The notes below the pieces were generated by a model. The model saw only the letters and a program-made list of their open reading frames with translations. It was not told the DNA's origin and searched no databases. From Elusimicrobia bacterium GWB2_63_22 (GTDB lineage: Bacteria > Elusimicrobiota > Elusimicrobia > Elusimicrobiales > UBA9959): a stretch of DNA of 64,000 nucleotides. Positions 17,511-28,256 of the stretch are shown one piece after another. The number at the start of each line of letters is the position of its first letter. Position 1 is the stretch's first letter. Both the position numbers and the translations under genes were made by a program. The stretch lies in contig MGUA01000001.1 of NCBI GenBank assembly GCA_001799735.1, positions 30,554-94,553 on the forward strand. Reading direction: 5' to 3'.

Positions 17511-18971
17511 ATGGAAGAAAAGGACAAGAAGCTCACCACTAACGCGGGCGCGCCGGTGCCCGACAACCAGAATATCATGACGGCCGGCAAGCGGGGCCCG
17601 GCCCTGCTGCAGGACGTCTGGTTCCTTGAAAAGCTGGCGCATTTCGACAGGGAGGTTATCCCGGAACGGCGCATGCACGCCAAGGGCTCAGGCGCTTACG
17701 GCACTTTTACCGTAACGCACGACATTACCCGCTACACCAAGGCGAAGATCTTTTCCGAAGTCGGCAAGAAGACGGACCTGTTCGCGCGTTTCTCCATAGT
17801 GGCGGCGGAGCGCGGCGGCGCGGACGCCGAGCGCGACATCCGCGGCTTCGCCCTGAAATTCTACACCGAAGAAGGAAACTGGGACCTGGTGGGCAACAAT
17901 ACGCCGGTCTTCTTCATGCGGGACCCGATGAAGTTCCCGGACCTGAACCACGCCATCAAGCGCGACCCGCGCACCAACCTGCGCAGCGCCAGGAATAACT
18001 GGGATTTCTGGAGTTCGCTGCCCGAGGCGCTGCACCAGGTCACCATCACCATGAGCGACCGCGGCATCCCTTATTCCTTCCGGCACATGCACGGTTTCGG
18101 CAGCCATACTTTCAGTTTTATAAACGCGAAGAATGAAAGGTACTGGGTCAAGTTCATCTTCAAGACGCAGCAGGGCATAAAGAACATTACCGATGAGGAA
18201 GCGGCGGCGCTGATCGGCAAGGACCGGGACAGCAACCAGCGCGACCTCTACGAGAGCATAGAGCGCAAGGATTTTCCGAAATGGACCCTGTTCGTGCAGG
18301 TCCTGACGGAACAGGAAGCGGCTAAACTCCCGTACCACCCCTTCGACCTTACCAAGGTGTGGTTCCACAAGGACGCGCCCCTGATGGAGGTAGGTGTGCT
18401 GGAACTGAACCGCAACCCGGAAAATTACTTCGCCGAGGTGGAGCAGTCGGCTTTCAACCCGGCGAGCATTGTGCCGGGTATAGGTTTTTCCCCCGACAAG
18501 ATGCTGCAGGGGCGGCTGTTCTCCTACGGGGACGCGCAGCGCTACCGCCTGGGGGTGAACCATCACCTCATCCCGGTAAACGCCGCCCGCTGCCCTTTTC
18601 ACAGCTACCACCGCGACGGCGCCATGAGGGTGGACGGCAATCACGGGAGTACCGTCAGCTATGAGCCGAACAGCGCGGGGGAATGGAAGGAGCAGCCCGG
18701 TTTCGCCGAGCCCCCCCTCGACCTGCAAGGCGCGGCCGCCCACTGGGACCACCGCGAGGACACCGATTACTACAGCCAGCCGGGCAAACTTTTCCGGCTG
18801 ATGAACCCGGAGCAGCGCCAGGCGCTGTTCGGGAATACGGCCCGCTCGCTGGGCGACGCCCCCGACGAGATAAAACTGCGGCATATAGCCAACTGCGCCA
18901 AGGCCGACCCGGCCTACGGCGCGGGGGTGGCCGCGGCGCTGGGGCTGCCCTTTACGGAGCGGCAAGACTGA
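17511..18971 (+). CDS. katA: catalase (monofunctional haem catalase, small-subunit type)
   Basis: 486 aa. Hallmark N-terminus ..[59 protein letters not shown].. and ..[17 protein letters not shown].. (proximal Tyr region). Confidence 0.95.
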   Translation: MEEKDKKLTTNAGAPVPDNQNIMTAGKRGPALLQDVWFLEKLAHFDREVIPERRMHAKGSGAYGTFTVTHDITRYTKAKIFSEVGKKTDLFARFSIVAAERGGADAERDIRGFALKFYTEEGNWDLVGNNTPVFFMRDPMKFPDLNHAIKRDPRTNLRSARNNWDFWSSLPEALHQVTITMSDRGIPYSFRHMHGFGSHTFSFINAKNERYWVKFIFKTQQGIKNITDEEAAALIGKDRDSNQRDLYESIERKDFPKWTLFVQVLTEQEAAKLPYHPFDLTKVWFHKDAPLMEVGVLELNRNPENYFAEVEQSAFNPASIVPGIGFSPDKMLQGRLFSYGDAQRYRLGVNHHLIPVNAARCPFHSYHRDGAMRVDGNHGSTVSYEPNSAGEWKEQPGFAEPPLDLQGAAAHWDHREDTDYYSQPGKLFRLMNPEQRQALFGNTARSLGDAPDEIKLRHIANCAKADPAYGAGVAAALGLPFTERQD

Positions 18972-18990
18972 CAAGACCCATAGGAGACTT

Positions 18991-19815
18991 ATGAGCAACA
19001 TCACCACCAAAGACGGCACGCAGATCTATTACAAGGACTGGGGCACAGGCCAGCCCGTTGTCTTCAGCCACGGCTGGCCCCTCAATTCTGACAGCTGGGA
19101 AGCCCAGATGCTGTTCCTGGCCTCCAAGGGCTTCCGCTGCGTCGCTCACGACCGCCGCGGGCATGGCCGCTCAAGCCAGCCCTGGAGCGGCAACGACATG
19201 GACACTTACGCCGACGACCTCTCGGAACTGCTGGAGGCGCTCGGCCTGGCGCAGGCCGCGCTGGTAGGCTTCTCCGCCGGCGGCGGGGAAGTGGCCCGTT
19301 ATATCGGCCGCCACGGCACCCGGCGCGTGGCCAGGGCCGCGCTGATCTCGGCCGTCCCGCCGCTGATGCTGAAAACCAAAGCCAATCCCGGCGGCCTGCC
19401 GATCGAAGTGTTCGACGGCATCCGCAACGGCTCCGTCAGCGACCGCTCCGGGTTCTACAAGAATCTCGCCGCCGGCCCGTTCTTCGGGGCCAACAGGCCC
19501 GGCTCAAAAGTTTCCCAGGGGATGATGGACACGTTCTGGCTGCAGGGGATGCAGGCCGGGCATAAGAACACCTACGACTGCATAAAGGCGTTCTCCGAAA
19601 CGGATTTCACGGAGGACCTTAAAAAGTTCGACGTGCCGACCCTGATAATCCACGGCGACGACGACCAGGTAGTCCCGCTCGGCGCGGCGGGCGCGCTTTC
19701 GGCGAAGCTGGTCAGGAACGCCGAGCTGAAAGTCTACGCGGGCGCGCCCCACGGCCTGGCCTACACGCACAGGGACCGGCTCAACGCCGACCTGCTGGCG
19801 TTCCTTCGCCCCTAG
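18991..19815 (+). CDS. alpha/beta hydrolase, non-haem haloperoxidase / arylesterase type
   Basis: 274 aa. [56 protein letters not shown].. and nucleophile elbow GFSAGGG. Typical of non-haem chloroperoxidase-like hydrolases. Confidence 0.85.
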   Translation: MSNITTKDGTQIYYKDWGTGQPVVFSHGWPLNSDSWEAQMLFLASKGFRCVAHDRRGHGRSSQPWSGNDMDTYADDLSELLEALGLAQAALVGFSAGGGEVARYIGRHGTRRVARAALISAVPPLMLKTKANPGGLPIEVFDGIRNGSVSDRSGFYKNLAAGPFFGANRPGSKVSQGMMDTFWLQGMQAGHKNTYDCIKAFSETDFTEDLKKFDVPTLIIHGDDDQVVPLGAAGALSAKLVRNAELKVYAGAPHGLAYTHRDRLNADLLAFLRP

Positions 19816-19866
19816 TACGCTCAAGCGTAAGGCAAATTTTCCAGCGGGCGCCGCAGGCAGATTCTT

Positions 19867-20844
19867 ATGAAAAAATCGGAGATGGTTGTTGTTTTTGTGC
19901 TGTTTTTTTCGGCCGGCGCCGGAGCGGCAACCGCGCGGGCGGCCGGGGCCCCGCTGAAGGGCTCGGCGAGCGAGCAGGAAGACGTTAACAATCCCGAAAA
20001 CACCCTGCCTACCTGGGAGCAGCAGTCCTCGCCGCAAAGCGCTTATTTCGGGAAGAAGACCGACAGGCCCGTTTCCGCGCACAAAGTGAACTATTTCGCC
20101 ATCAACCAGTGGCCCGGAGACAACCGCGCCCAGGTCAAGTTCCAGATAAGCATGAAATTCCGCATACTTGAACCGAACCTGTATATCCTTAAATACAATC
20201 TCTTCCCGGGGTATGTCGGTTATACGCAGAAGTCGCTCTGGAACAAAGGCCAGGCCTCCATGCCTTTCGAGGAGAGCAACTATAATCCGGAATTTTTTCT
20301 GGATTACCCGGTCCGTTTCCTGAACATCGGCAGGTTCAAACTGCGCAACATCGTGGTCTGCCTCCTGGAGCACGAATCCAACGGGCTGGACGCGGCCAAG
20401 TCGCGCAGCTGGAACAGGCAGTACGTGCAGCTCAAATTCGGCATCGAGTCGAAAGAAAAACTGAAGATCGCCAACTCCTTCCTGGCCGACAAGGCCTCGC
20501 TGCAGGTCAGGCTCTGGCGCGCCTCCGGCTATTCCGGCCAGGATGAATACCTGCGCTCTATCGGCAGCACCCGCAAGTTTTTAGATTACATGGGGCAGGG
20601 AGAAATCGGGCTAAGCGTCAGGAATTTTCTCTGGAGAGGCAGCCTGAAGAACCACCAGTTGGACGTAAGAACGCCGCTTTTCCGCTATAAGCGCAAGAAC
20701 TCCTATGAATTCCAGTTCCGCCAGCAGCTGCCGCACATGAATTTCGCGCTTTACGCGCAGTACTGGACCGGTTACGGGGAAACGCTCCTGCGCTTCGACC
20801 AGTTCGGACACCGGGCCTTCGCCGGGCTCTCTTTCTCTTATTAG
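19867..20844 (+). CDS. pldA: outer-membrane phospholipase A
   Basis: 325 aa with a signal peptide. OMPLA catalytic motif LLEHESNG..SRSWNRQY. Ends in ..FAGLSFSY, a beta-barrel terminus. Confidence 0.8.
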   Translation: MKKSEMVVVFVLFFSAGAGAATARAAGAPLKGSASEQEDVNNPENTLPTWEQQSSPQSAYFGKKTDRPVSAHKVNYFAINQWPGDNRAQVKFQISMKFRILEPNLYILKYNLFPGYVGYTQKSLWNKGQASMPFEESNYNPEFFLDYPVRFLNIGRFKLRNIVVCLLEHESNGLDAAKSRSWNRQYVQLKFGIESKEKLKIANSFLADKASLQVRLWRASGYSGQDEYLRSIGSTRKFLDYMGQGEIGLSVRNFLWRGSLKNHQLDVRTPLFRYKRKNSYEFQFRQQLPHMNFALYAQYWTGYGETLLRFDQFGHRAFAGLSFSY

Positions 20845-20851
20845 CCCCGGC

Positions 20852-21847
20852 TCATTGCGGACTCCGGTCGAAACCGGGCAGGCCGCGGCGGATAGCTCCG
20901 GGAAAATCCCGGCCGCCGGCCGCCCTCCCACGCTCATTAACCACACTGCGCCTCTTCAGTTCCCGGAACGGGAAGGTCTGGTCCAGAACCCCGAGCTCGT
21001 ACGCCATCTCATCCACGTGCCCGCTGGCCAGGATGCGCCAGTCGAATTTAGCGCCCGGATAGAAAGGCGCGATGTGCTTCCAGATATCGGTGGTGCAGTT
21101 GGCGGTCAGGGCGTTATACCAGCGGGGCCTGGCCTTCAAGCCGTTCACGCTGCCCAGGTAGTCCAGGAAGACCTTGCGGATAAACTCCGGCGACGCCGTA
21201 AGTCGGTACAGGTAGACGTCCTCCCCCTTGCGGTAATTGGTCCTGAGCCGCACCACGTCGCGCTCGTCGGCCACCACATAGGTCAGCTCATACTGCTTAA
21301 AGAAGCCCCTGACGGATGAATACTCCTCGCCTTTTTCCCGCCTGGTCTCGATAGAAAAGACCACGTAGTTATCCCCGCCGAACCCGAAGCTGAGCATGGT
21401 ATGCGCTATGTTAGGCAGCCCCCAGTCGACAAAGAAAAGGTCCAGGCTTTTCAAGGCTCCGAGATCGTAGACCCGGTCATAATGCCGGACCGTATACTCG
21501 CGCTCCGACAGGTAGTCGCAATTACGGATATTATGCAGGGTGACCGAGCTGACGTAAACGTCGGCGTACGGCAGCCTGGCGACGTCCGGCTCCCACTCCC
21601 GGCTATTGCCGGGGGGCAGGGCCAGCCACCAGGCAAGCACGGCCAGGAACGCCGGGGTGAAACAGGCGATCTTCCACCAGCCCTTTTTGGGGAGAAGGGC
21701 GCCGGCCAGCGCCGCAACTATGAAGGCCGCCGCCCCGGCCAGGCGGGCGCCGGCCGGGAGGCCGGAGTAAACTATCGCCATCACGCCCCAGCAGGACAGG
21801 AGCGAAAAGGCGAGCCAGGCAAAAGCGATCTTTACTTTCATAAGCAA
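20852..21847 (-). CDS. DUF4105 (Lnb N-terminal periplasmic domain-like) membrane protein
   Basis: 331 aa with N-terminal TM helices. The core VTLHNIRNCDY..LDLFFVDWGLPNIAHTMLSFGF..VFSIETRREKGEEYSSVRGFFKQYELTYVVADERDVVRLRTNYR matches the DUF4105 pattern as I recall it. Confidence 0.7.
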   Translation of the reverse strand: MLMKVKIAFAWLAFSLLSCWGVMAIVYSGLPAGARLAGAAAFIVAALAGALLPKKGWWKIACFTPAFLAVLAWWLALPPGNSREWEPDVARLPYADVYVSSVTLHNIRNCDYLSEREYTVRHYDRVYDLGALKSLDLFFVDWGLPNIAHTMLSFGFGGDNYVVFSIETRREKGEEYSSVRGFFKQYELTYVVADERDVVRLRTNYRKGEDVYLYRLTASPEFIRKVFLDYLGSVNGLKARPRWYNALTANCTTDIWKHIAPFYPGAKFDWRILASGHVDEMAYELGVLDQTFPFRELKRRSVVNERGRAAGGRDFPGAIRRGLPGFDRSPQ

Positions 21848-21860
21848 GCCTTCTCCCCCG

Positions 21861-24227
21861 TCAGCGACGCCCGTACCATTCCAGCAGAGTGGTGACGACG
21901 TTCCCCTGGGCTTGCGTGCTGGTCAGCTCGGTCTGGATGGCCAGGTTGGAGGCGAGGCGCTTGCGCAGCTGCACCCCCCTGCTCTGGCCGTCGGAACCCA
22001 TCTGCAGCGTGGCGCCGCCGGGGAGCCGGAACTTTATGGAGTAAGTCCTGGAGACCGGGTCATAGCCGACGTACTCCACGGGGGTGGAGGCCAGCAGGTA
22101 GAGCGACGCCAGGCCGAACGCGCTGTTGGAGACCGCAGTCTGCGTATTGGCCGCGCTGGCCTGCTGGTCGGAGTCCAGGTCGCCGGGAGTTTTTCCGAAC
22201 AGCAGCATAGCCATGATGTCGGCCTGATTCATAGGCGGGTCGCTTTCAAACTTGACCCGCGGTTTCTGCGCGGTGCCCAGGAGCCGGATGAAGATCCTGG
22301 CCTCGGCCGTTTTATAGACGATCAGGCCGTCCAGGTCCATGACGGGCGAACCGGCGCGGCCGGTGAAAGTGACATGGTCGACGGAAGCTACCCGGCGGAA
22401 AATATCCACCCTGAACGGCTTTATCTCTATCCTTCCCGCTGTGCCGCCGGGAACCCTGACAGTTACGTCCAGCCCGACCGGTACCGGATCCTTGGCCAGG
22501 TTGGAGTAGAGAATTACGGGCTTGGCGGTCTTGACGCGGAACTCGGCCAGCATGGGCGGCGGCAAGATTTTGGCGTCCGGTTTGCGAGCCTCGGCACGGG
22601 CCAGGTCGGCCTTGTCCGCCTCCGCGCCGGTCTTTATACGGCTGTCCGGAACGAAAGCGGCCATCCCCTTGAGGTCGAACCGCGGCAGCTGCAGCGCGAC
22701 CTCCTGCAGCAGCACGTCAGTCTCGTTCTTAAAAGAACGCCCGGGAGCCCAAAGCCCCGCGGCCGTCAGTTTTCCCTTTGCCTCGAACTTAAGCGCCTGC
22801 CGCCCCTGTGCCAGCCCGCTGACCAGCGCGTACTCCAGCTCCTGCACCTCCTTGCCGGAATCTCCGGCTCCTTTAAGCGAGAGGGCCAGCGGCCCGTGAA
22901 AGACGTTGAGCGGCGCGGGGACCGAATATCTGGTGCGGGCCAGGTACGCTACCAGGTCCTCGAACCTGGCCACCTTAAGCCCGAACTCCAGCCTGTGGCT
23001 GACCTTGAGCTCCCCCAGCCGGCTGGCGCGGCCGGAAACTCTGGCGTCGAAGCCGCCTTGAAACTCATACCAGGCCTTGACCGGCTTTACGGTCAGCCGC
23101 ACCTCGCTGTTAAAATGGTCCCGCTCGAGTATCCCGGGGGTGGAAAGGGCGCTGACGGTCAGCCGCCCTTCCAGCGTTTTGCCCAGGATCCGCCCCGCGC
23201 CCTTTACGCCGAAGATCGCTGTCTCCACTTCGAAGGCGGTATCCAGCTTCAGCCTGTCCCAGTCGGTGGAATCTTTCTTGAGCAGGGCCTCCAGGGCGAA
23301 CCGTTTGAGCTGGACGCTCTTGACCGGCCCCGACGTCACCCAGACTCCCCCCGACCCGCTCAAGCGCAGGTCCTGCCCCCTTTGAGAGCCGGTAGCGGAC
23401 GCCGACAAGCGCCGCCCCGGCAGCCGGGCCTTCGCGTTAAGGCTGAAGGCCAGGGCGTCGGGCCCGCTGCCCCGCACGCTTGCCTGAAAACTGCCGTCTA
23501 CCCCCTCCGCCTTTAGCCGCCCTTGTGCTTCTAAATAGGTAAGTTCACGGCCTTTGAGCAGGTCGGAATCCAGCGTGGCCTCGCCGCTGTAGTGCCTGGT
23601 AACGGTCCCGGAACTTTGCTCCACTTTCACCTTTAGCGCCACCGGCCCCGGAGAGCCCGGATCGAGGCTAAGATGGATCTCCGCCTTCACGGTGCCGCCG
23701 ACCCCGATAATAGTGTTGCCCGGCAGGTCCACCTTCAGCGCCTCCAGCGTAAAGCCGCGCAGGGCGGCCGGCAGCAGGCCGGGCAGGCTGGTCGGCAGGC
23801 CGGCGCTCTTTTTAGGGGCTGCGCCGGGGCGGGCAACGGTGCGGTCCAGGGTAAAACGGTCTCCGGAAACGGAGAACCTGGAGATCTTCTTCAATTTCGC
23901 GCCCCAGAAATAAAGACGCACGCTAGCCAGCACGTCCAGGTCTTTAACGCAACCCTCAATCCCCTCGGCCGCGTTCTCGAAGCAGAGGTCGCGGACCCGG
24001 AGGCCGATCTGTTTTTCAGAAAAACCGGAGGAACTTATGTCGAAGTTGAAGGCCGTCCAGCGCGGTTGCCAGGGAGCGCCGAACACCTGCACGGCCCGCG
24101 CTACGGTGCGTGAGGTCAGGAACCATTGCGGCTGCGCGATAAGCGCGACCGCGGCCAGCGCCAGCCCGGCAAGCAGCGCGCCGAGCGTGGCGAGGAGGAT
24201 CAGCAGGAGTTTCTTTAACAGGCGCAT
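21861..24227 (-). CDS. tamB: TamB-like translocation and assembly module protein (DUF490 C-terminus)
   Basis: Start moved to the ATG at 24227 (MRLLKKLLLILLATLGALLAGLALAAV.. signal anchor), which overlaps the tamA stop (TGATG). 788 aa. C-terminus ..YSIKFRLPGGATLQMGSDGQSRGVQLRKRLASNLAIQTELTS..TLLEWYGRR is DUF490-like. Confidence 0.75.
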   Translation of the reverse strand: MRLLKKLLLILLATLGALLAGLALAAVALIAQPQWFLTSRTVARAVQVFGAPWQPRWTAFNFDISSSGFSEKQIGLRVRDLCFENAAEGIEGCVKDLDVLASVRLYFWGAKLKKISRFSVSGDRFTLDRTVARPGAAPKKSAGLPTSLPGLLPAALRGFTLEALKVDLPGNTIIGVGGTVKAEIHLSLDPGSPGPVALKVKVEQSSGTVTRHYSGEATLDSDLLKGRELTYLEAQGRLKAEGVDGSFQASVRGSGPDALAFSLNAKARLPGRRLSASATGSQRGQDLRLSGSGGVWVTSGPVKSVQLKRFALEALLKKDSTDWDRLKLDTAFEVETAIFGVKGAGRILGKTLEGRLTVSALSTPGILERDHFNSEVRLTVKPVKAWYEFQGGFDARVSGRASRLGELKVSHRLEFGLKVARFEDLVAYLARTRYSVPAPLNVFHGPLALSLKGAGDSGKEVQELEYALVSGLAQGRQALKFEAKGKLTAAGLWAPGRSFKNETDVLLQEVALQLPRFDLKGMAAFVPDSRIKTGAEADKADLARAEARKPDAKILPPPMLAEFRVKTAKPVILYSNLAKDPVPVGLDVTVRVPGGTAGRIEIKPFRVDIFRRVASVDHVTFTGRAGSPVMDLDGLIVYKTAEARIFIRLLGTAQKPRVKFESDPPMNQADIMAMLLFGKTPGDLDSDQQASAANTQTAVSNSAFGLASLYLLASTPVEYVGYDPVSRTYSIKFRLPGGATLQMGSDGQSRGVQLRKRLASNLAIQTELTSTQAQGNVVTTLLEWYGRR

Positions 24228-25984
24228 CAGAACTCCTTGCCCAGGCTGAGGAAGAACCGCCACTGGGGCTGCATCAGCACCTCGGCCGCCGGGTCCCGCC
24301 GCCATACGATGCCCCGGGCCACCGTGGTCCGGATGGAGCCGACAGGGGAAGCCCAGCGGAGGCCGAACCCGGGAGAGAAATAGACGTTCGGGTCCAGGCG
24401 GGCGGAGCTCCTTCCGCCCATCGCTGCGTCCAGAAAAATAAGCGGCTGCAGGCCGTGCGGCAGCACGTCCCCCAGCCTGAGCTCCACGCCGTCATAAACC
24501 GCGGTCAGCAGGCCCAAAGGGTCAGCAGGAACTTTGTTCAGCCCCGCCCCGCGCAGATCGGAATCTCCCCCCATGAAAATACGCATTCCCAACGGGATCT
24601 CACCCTCGGCCAGCAGCGAGTTCTTTACCAGCGTGGTCTGTACCAGGTAGCGCGTGGCCAGCACCAGGGCCGGGGGCGTATACCCGCCCAGGTTCCAGAT
24701 ATGCTCGCCCTGCAGGCTCAGGAGATGCGCCGTTATGCGCGACTCCAGCCCCGCTATCATCGACTGCGACTTAAAGTTGACGCGCCACCCCGCCTGCGGC
24801 TCTCCCGCGTAATATTCGAACCTGTGGTCGCGCAGTTCCAGCCGGGCGGCTGCGGCCGGGTAGCTGGTGACGGGCCCCAGTCCCCGGATAGTGTGCTCAT
24901 ATTCCAGCGCCGGGCCCGCCGAGAATTCGCCGCGCAGGCTCCTGCTGTCCCAGCTGAAGCCCGGCAGCAGGGCGAACTCCGAATGGATGGCCTCGTACTG
25001 CGGTTCGTTGAGCCGCCCGAAGGTCAGCGCCGGCATAAGGTAAAGCCGGGAGGCTTTGCCCATGAAGTAGCGGAAATCCGCGACCGCCGTCTGCTCCCGG
25101 TAGGAAGTGTAGACCGAGACGCCCATTGAATTGCTGCGCGCGCCCAGGCGGGAATTAAGCCACTGCGCCTTGCCGATGAAGAACCCTTCCGTGTCGAAAC
25201 CGACGCCGAGCTTGTAGAGCTGCGGCTTGCCCGCTACCACCCGCTCGGTGATTACCATGCCGGCCGTGGAGCAGTCCACCTCGAAGTAGGCGTTCAGGAA
25301 AAGAGAATCGCCCACGGTCCGCCGCGCGGTCAGGTCCAGGAGCCTGGCATCGAAACGCTGGCCGCGTCTGAAGGCTTCGTAGCGGGAGAAGATCTGGGGG
25401 TAGACCTCGCCGGTTCTCTTGGGGCGGATGTGCTCGAAGCGGTAAATTTCTCCCGGCCGGACTTCCGCCGTCAGCTCGCCGGTGGTTCCGTTGCCCCGCA
25501 TGTCTATTTCCGGGCAGGCGTAGCCCCGGTTCTGCAGGGCGCCCTGCAGTGCCGTCTTGGCCTTGTCGAGCAGCCTGGGGGTCATGGCCTGACCTTTTAT
25601 TTTTCGCAGTTTCTTAAGTTTTATTTCCGCGGGCAGCCCGGTCTGGGTGAAGGAGCGAACGACGGTCTTCAAACCCGGGTCCACTTTTAGAACGTCCGGC
25701 CCCGGTTCGAACCTGGGCTCCTGGTAGCCCCGCTGCTGAAGGAAGGCCTTTAAAAAATTTTCCGCCTGGTTGAAAGGGATCTGCCCCCAGCCTTCGGTAG
25801 CGGCGTCGCCGCAGACCAGGCGGATCTCCATGGCGTTAAGAATTATCTTCTCCCCTCCGACGAACCGGATCTGCGGGCAGGGGCCGTAGCCGCCGCCGGC
25901 CGCGGCGGGCGCGGCGCAGGGAGCCGTAAGCACGGTTAAGGCCAGCAGGACCGGCCAGACAGCGGAATTACCTGTAGGGGACAT
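24227..25984 (-). CDS. tamA: TamA/BamA (Omp85) family outer-membrane protein
   Basis: Start moved to the ATG at 25984 (MSPTGNSAVWPVLLALTVLTAPCAAPAAA..). 585 aa. POTRA-like N-terminus and an Omp85 barrel ending ..PQWRFFLSLGKEF. Paired with tamB. Confidence 0.75.
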   Translation of the reverse strand: MSPTGNSAVWPVLLALTVLTAPCAAPAAAGGGYGPCPQIRFVGGEKIILNAMEIRLVCGDAATEGWGQIPFNQAENFLKAFLQQRGYQEPRFEPGPDVLKVDPGLKTVVRSFTQTGLPAEIKLKKLRKIKGQAMTPRLLDKAKTALQGALQNRGYACPEIDMRGNGTTGELTAEVRPGEIYRFEHIRPKRTGEVYPQIFSRYEAFRRGQRFDARLLDLTARRTVGDSLFLNAYFEVDCSTAGMVITERVVAGKPQLYKLGVGFDTEGFFIGKAQWLNSRLGARSNSMGVSVYTSYREQTAVADFRYFMGKASRLYLMPALTFGRLNEPQYEAIHSEFALLPGFSWDSRSLRGEFSAGPALEYEHTIRGLGPVTSYPAAAARLELRDHRFEYYAGEPQAGWRVNFKSQSMIAGLESRITAHLLSLQGEHIWNLGGYTPPALVLATRYLVQTTLVKNSLLAEGEIPLGMRIFMGGDSDLRGAGLNKVPADPLGLLTAVYDGVELRLGDVLPHGLQPLIFLDAAMGGRSSARLDPNVYFSPGFGLRWASPVGSIRTTVARGIVWRRDPAAEVLMQPQWRFFLSLGKEF

Positions 25985-26037
25985 AAAAGCGGTGGCGGCG
26001 CAGAGACGCCGGGGGTGCTGCCCGGGGCCCGGCTCTG

Positions 26038-27090
26038 CTATGCCGGCGGAGCGTGCCTGACCGGGGTCGCCGGGCCCAGCAGCACGGCTATCCAGCGGGT
26101 GCTTTCGTGGTTCTCGCAGGCGAACTTCAGGGCCATGGTAAGCGGTATGCACAGGACCGCGCCGATCAGACCGAGCATACTCCCCCAGAAGATCAGCGAC
26201 AGGAAGACTGCCAGCGTGGACAGGGATAGCTTCATACCCATGAGCTTCGGCTCTACTACATTGCCAAGAATGAAGTTAACCGCCACATAGCCGGCGGCTA
26301 CCAGCGCGGCCCGGCCGGGCCCGAACTGCACAAGGGTAAGGCTGACGGCGGGGATGCCCGCTATGATAGACCCGACATGGGGGATGTAGAGGAGCAGGAA
26401 AGCCAGGAACCCCCAGAGAACGGGGGAACCTATGCCGAGGACGGCCAGCCAGACGCCTATCAGGACGCCCGCGGTAACGGCCAGGGCCGTCTTTACCAGC
26501 ATGTAGCGCTGAATATCGCCTACGAACCTGGTAAATTCCGGGAAAGCCTGCCGCGGATCGCCGAGTACGGCGCGCAGCTTGACCGGGAAGCTGGAGGCTT
26601 CCAGCAGGATGAACATCACGGACAGCAGGATCAGCACGAAGTTGGAAAGCGCCGCGACCACCCCACCCAGCATGCCAGCGAAAAGTTTCATTACCGTAGC
26701 CGGGTTCAAATATTCGAGCAGCATACCCTCGGTGACGGGGATGCCTTTGCCCGCCAGCAGGGCGGCCAGGGACGCGGCTTCCGCCTGCATACGCGCCTGG
26801 TAGGCCGGCATTGCGTCGCCAAACCCGCTCAGGGACGTGCCTACAAGCAGACCGACCAGCAGCAGAACGGCCATCATGGCCGCCACTACCAGCAGCACGG
26901 CGGCTATGGCAGGAACACGCTTGCGTTCCAGCCAGAGCACCAGCGGCGTGCCCAGCAGCGCCAGGAAAACGGAGACCAGCGACGACACCAGGGCCGACTG
27001 CGCCTGGTTGAGGCCCCAGATAACTATGACCAGCGCGGCCGCGACAAGCAGGAAGCGTGTTCCGCCGGGGAAATCATTCTTTTGGTTCAT
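26038..27090 (-). CDS. AI-2E family transporter (PerM/UPF0118)
   Basis: Start moved to the ATG at 27090, which has a GGAGG SD 8 nt upstream. 350 aa, polytopic. ..LLLYIPHVGSIIAGIPAVSLTLVQFG..FILGNVVEPKLMGMKLSLSTLAVFLSLIFWGSMLGLIGAVLCIPLT.. is typical of AI-2E transporters. Confidence 0.8.
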   Translation of the reverse strand: MNQKNDFPGGTRFLLVAAALVIVIWGLNQAQSALVSSLVSVFLALLGTPLVLWLERKRVPAIAAVLLVVAAMMAVLLLVGLLVGTSLSGFGDAMPAYQARMQAEAASLAALLAGKGIPVTEGMLLEYLNPATVMKLFAGMLGGVVAALSNFVLILLSVMFILLEASSFPVKLRAVLGDPRQAFPEFTRFVGDIQRYMLVKTALAVTAGVLIGVWLAVLGIGSPVLWGFLAFLLLYIPHVGSIIAGIPAVSLTLVQFGPGRAALVAAGYVAVNFILGNVVEPKLMGMKLSLSTLAVFLSLIFWGSMLGLIGAVLCIPLTMALKFACENHESTRWIAVLLGPATPVRHAPPA

Positions 27091-27341
27091 GGAGCACGCC
27101 TCCTTTTGCCCAGGCAGCCTTATTGACCGGCCCCGGCAAGTTTTCACGCCGGGCTGGAACGCTTCAAAAGGACCGGCGGCCGTCAGCAGGGATTTCGCCC
27201 CGGCCGCGCCGAAAGGAGCGTCCAGATATTCTCCCGCGGCTTCGGGCGGGCGCGTGGCCGCGCCGGCCGCGCGCGCGGCGTCATCGCAGAAAGCACTACA
27301 GCACGGGCGACTATATCTCTCATTTGGGCCTGTACACTTCC

Positions 27342-28106
27342 TCAGGACGCTTCTACGGTCATCAGGTTCTTTACTTTCTTCACGCCGTTAACGTCTTTTA
27401 CCAGCCTGGTCACCAGGGCCTTCTGGGCTTCGGTGGCGGCCCGGCCGCCCACGGTAACCACGCCGCGCCTTACCGCCACCGTGGTGTAGAGCGCGTTGGT
27501 GGAATGATGCAGCAGCAGGGCCATCCGGACCAGGGCGGCTACGGACACGTCGTCGATCTTTTCTTTAGTCGTCCGGGCTTCCTTCTCCACGGGCACGGCC
27601 ACCAGCATCTCGTTCTTAACTTCTTTTACGCCTTCTACATCCCTGGCGTATTCGCTGGTCAGATCTTTTTGCGCCAGGCTTGTGGCGCGGCCGCGCAGCG
27701 TAACGATGCCGTCCTTTACGTCCACTTCCGTGTTCTTGGCGCTCACGCTGCGGTGGAACAGGAGCGTGGCTTTCACTTTTTCCTGGAACCAGGCGTCCGA
27801 GTTAGCGGTCGGCGGGGCGCCTTTGACTTCCAGCCTGTTGTCCACGCTCCTGACGCCGGCGATATCCGCCAGGGTCACCTCGGCCAGGGACTTATGGAAG
27901 CTTTCGTTGATAATGCCGGTCAGGGTAACGGCGCCGTCCCTGGATTCTATTTTAATATCGTCCCCGGTAAGGTAGTTCTGGAACACATACGACTGCCTGG
28001 CCGAAGAGATGATAAAAACGTCCATTCTTGACGCCTGCGCGGGCGCGCTGAACGCCAGCAATACCGCCGCCGCCGCCGACAAGGACACGGAATACATTGT
28101 TTTCAT
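27342..28106 (-). CDS. periplasmic BON-domain protein (OsmY-like, three BON repeats)
   Basis: 254 aa with a signal peptide (..AFSAPAQA/SRMD). Repeated BON pattern (..VTLTGIINES..AGVRSVDNRLEV; ..VTLRGRATS..VEGVKEVKNEM; ..VTVGGRAAT..VNGVKKVKNLM). Paralog of 38842..39609. Confidence 0.85.
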   Translation of the reverse strand: MKTMYSVSLSAAAAVLLAFSAPAQASRMDVFIISSARQSYVFQNYLTGDDIKIESRDGAVTLTGIINESFHKSLAEVTLADIAGVRSVDNRLEVKGAPPTANSDAWFQEKVKATLLFHRSVSAKNTEVDVKDGIVTLRGRATSLAQKDLTSEYARDVEGVKEVKNEMLVAVPVEKEARTTKEKIDDVSVAALVRMALLLHHSTNALYTTVAVRRGVVTVGGRAATEAQKALVTRLVKDVNGVKKVKNLMTVEAS

Positions 28107-28167
28107 GTTACGCTCTCCTGATTGCTCTTGTTTTAATTTTTAGACACCGCTAAAACCCTGTTAATCC

Positions 28168-28233
28168 AGTATAGCCCTTCGCCGCAGGCGCAGCTATTAG
28201 GACTTCTGCCCCGGAGCCTAGGTAGTATTACTG
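28168..28233 (-). promoter_or_regulatory. conserved promoter/operator cassette, copy d
   Basis: Gene-strand sequence: CAGTAATACTACCTAGGCTCCGGGGCAGAAGTCCTAATAGCTGCGCCTGCGGCGAAGGGCTATACT. The -10 lies 62 nt upstream of the BON gene ATG at 28106. Confidence 0.65.
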
Positions 28234-28256
28234 AAGCCCGGCCGGCGCCGCGGCCG

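Noticed and set aside
17688-19019. 443-aa minus-strand ORF spanning the catalase locus
   Set aside because: The plus strand encodes an unmistakable catalase. The antisense product has no start-site signals and is low-complexity.
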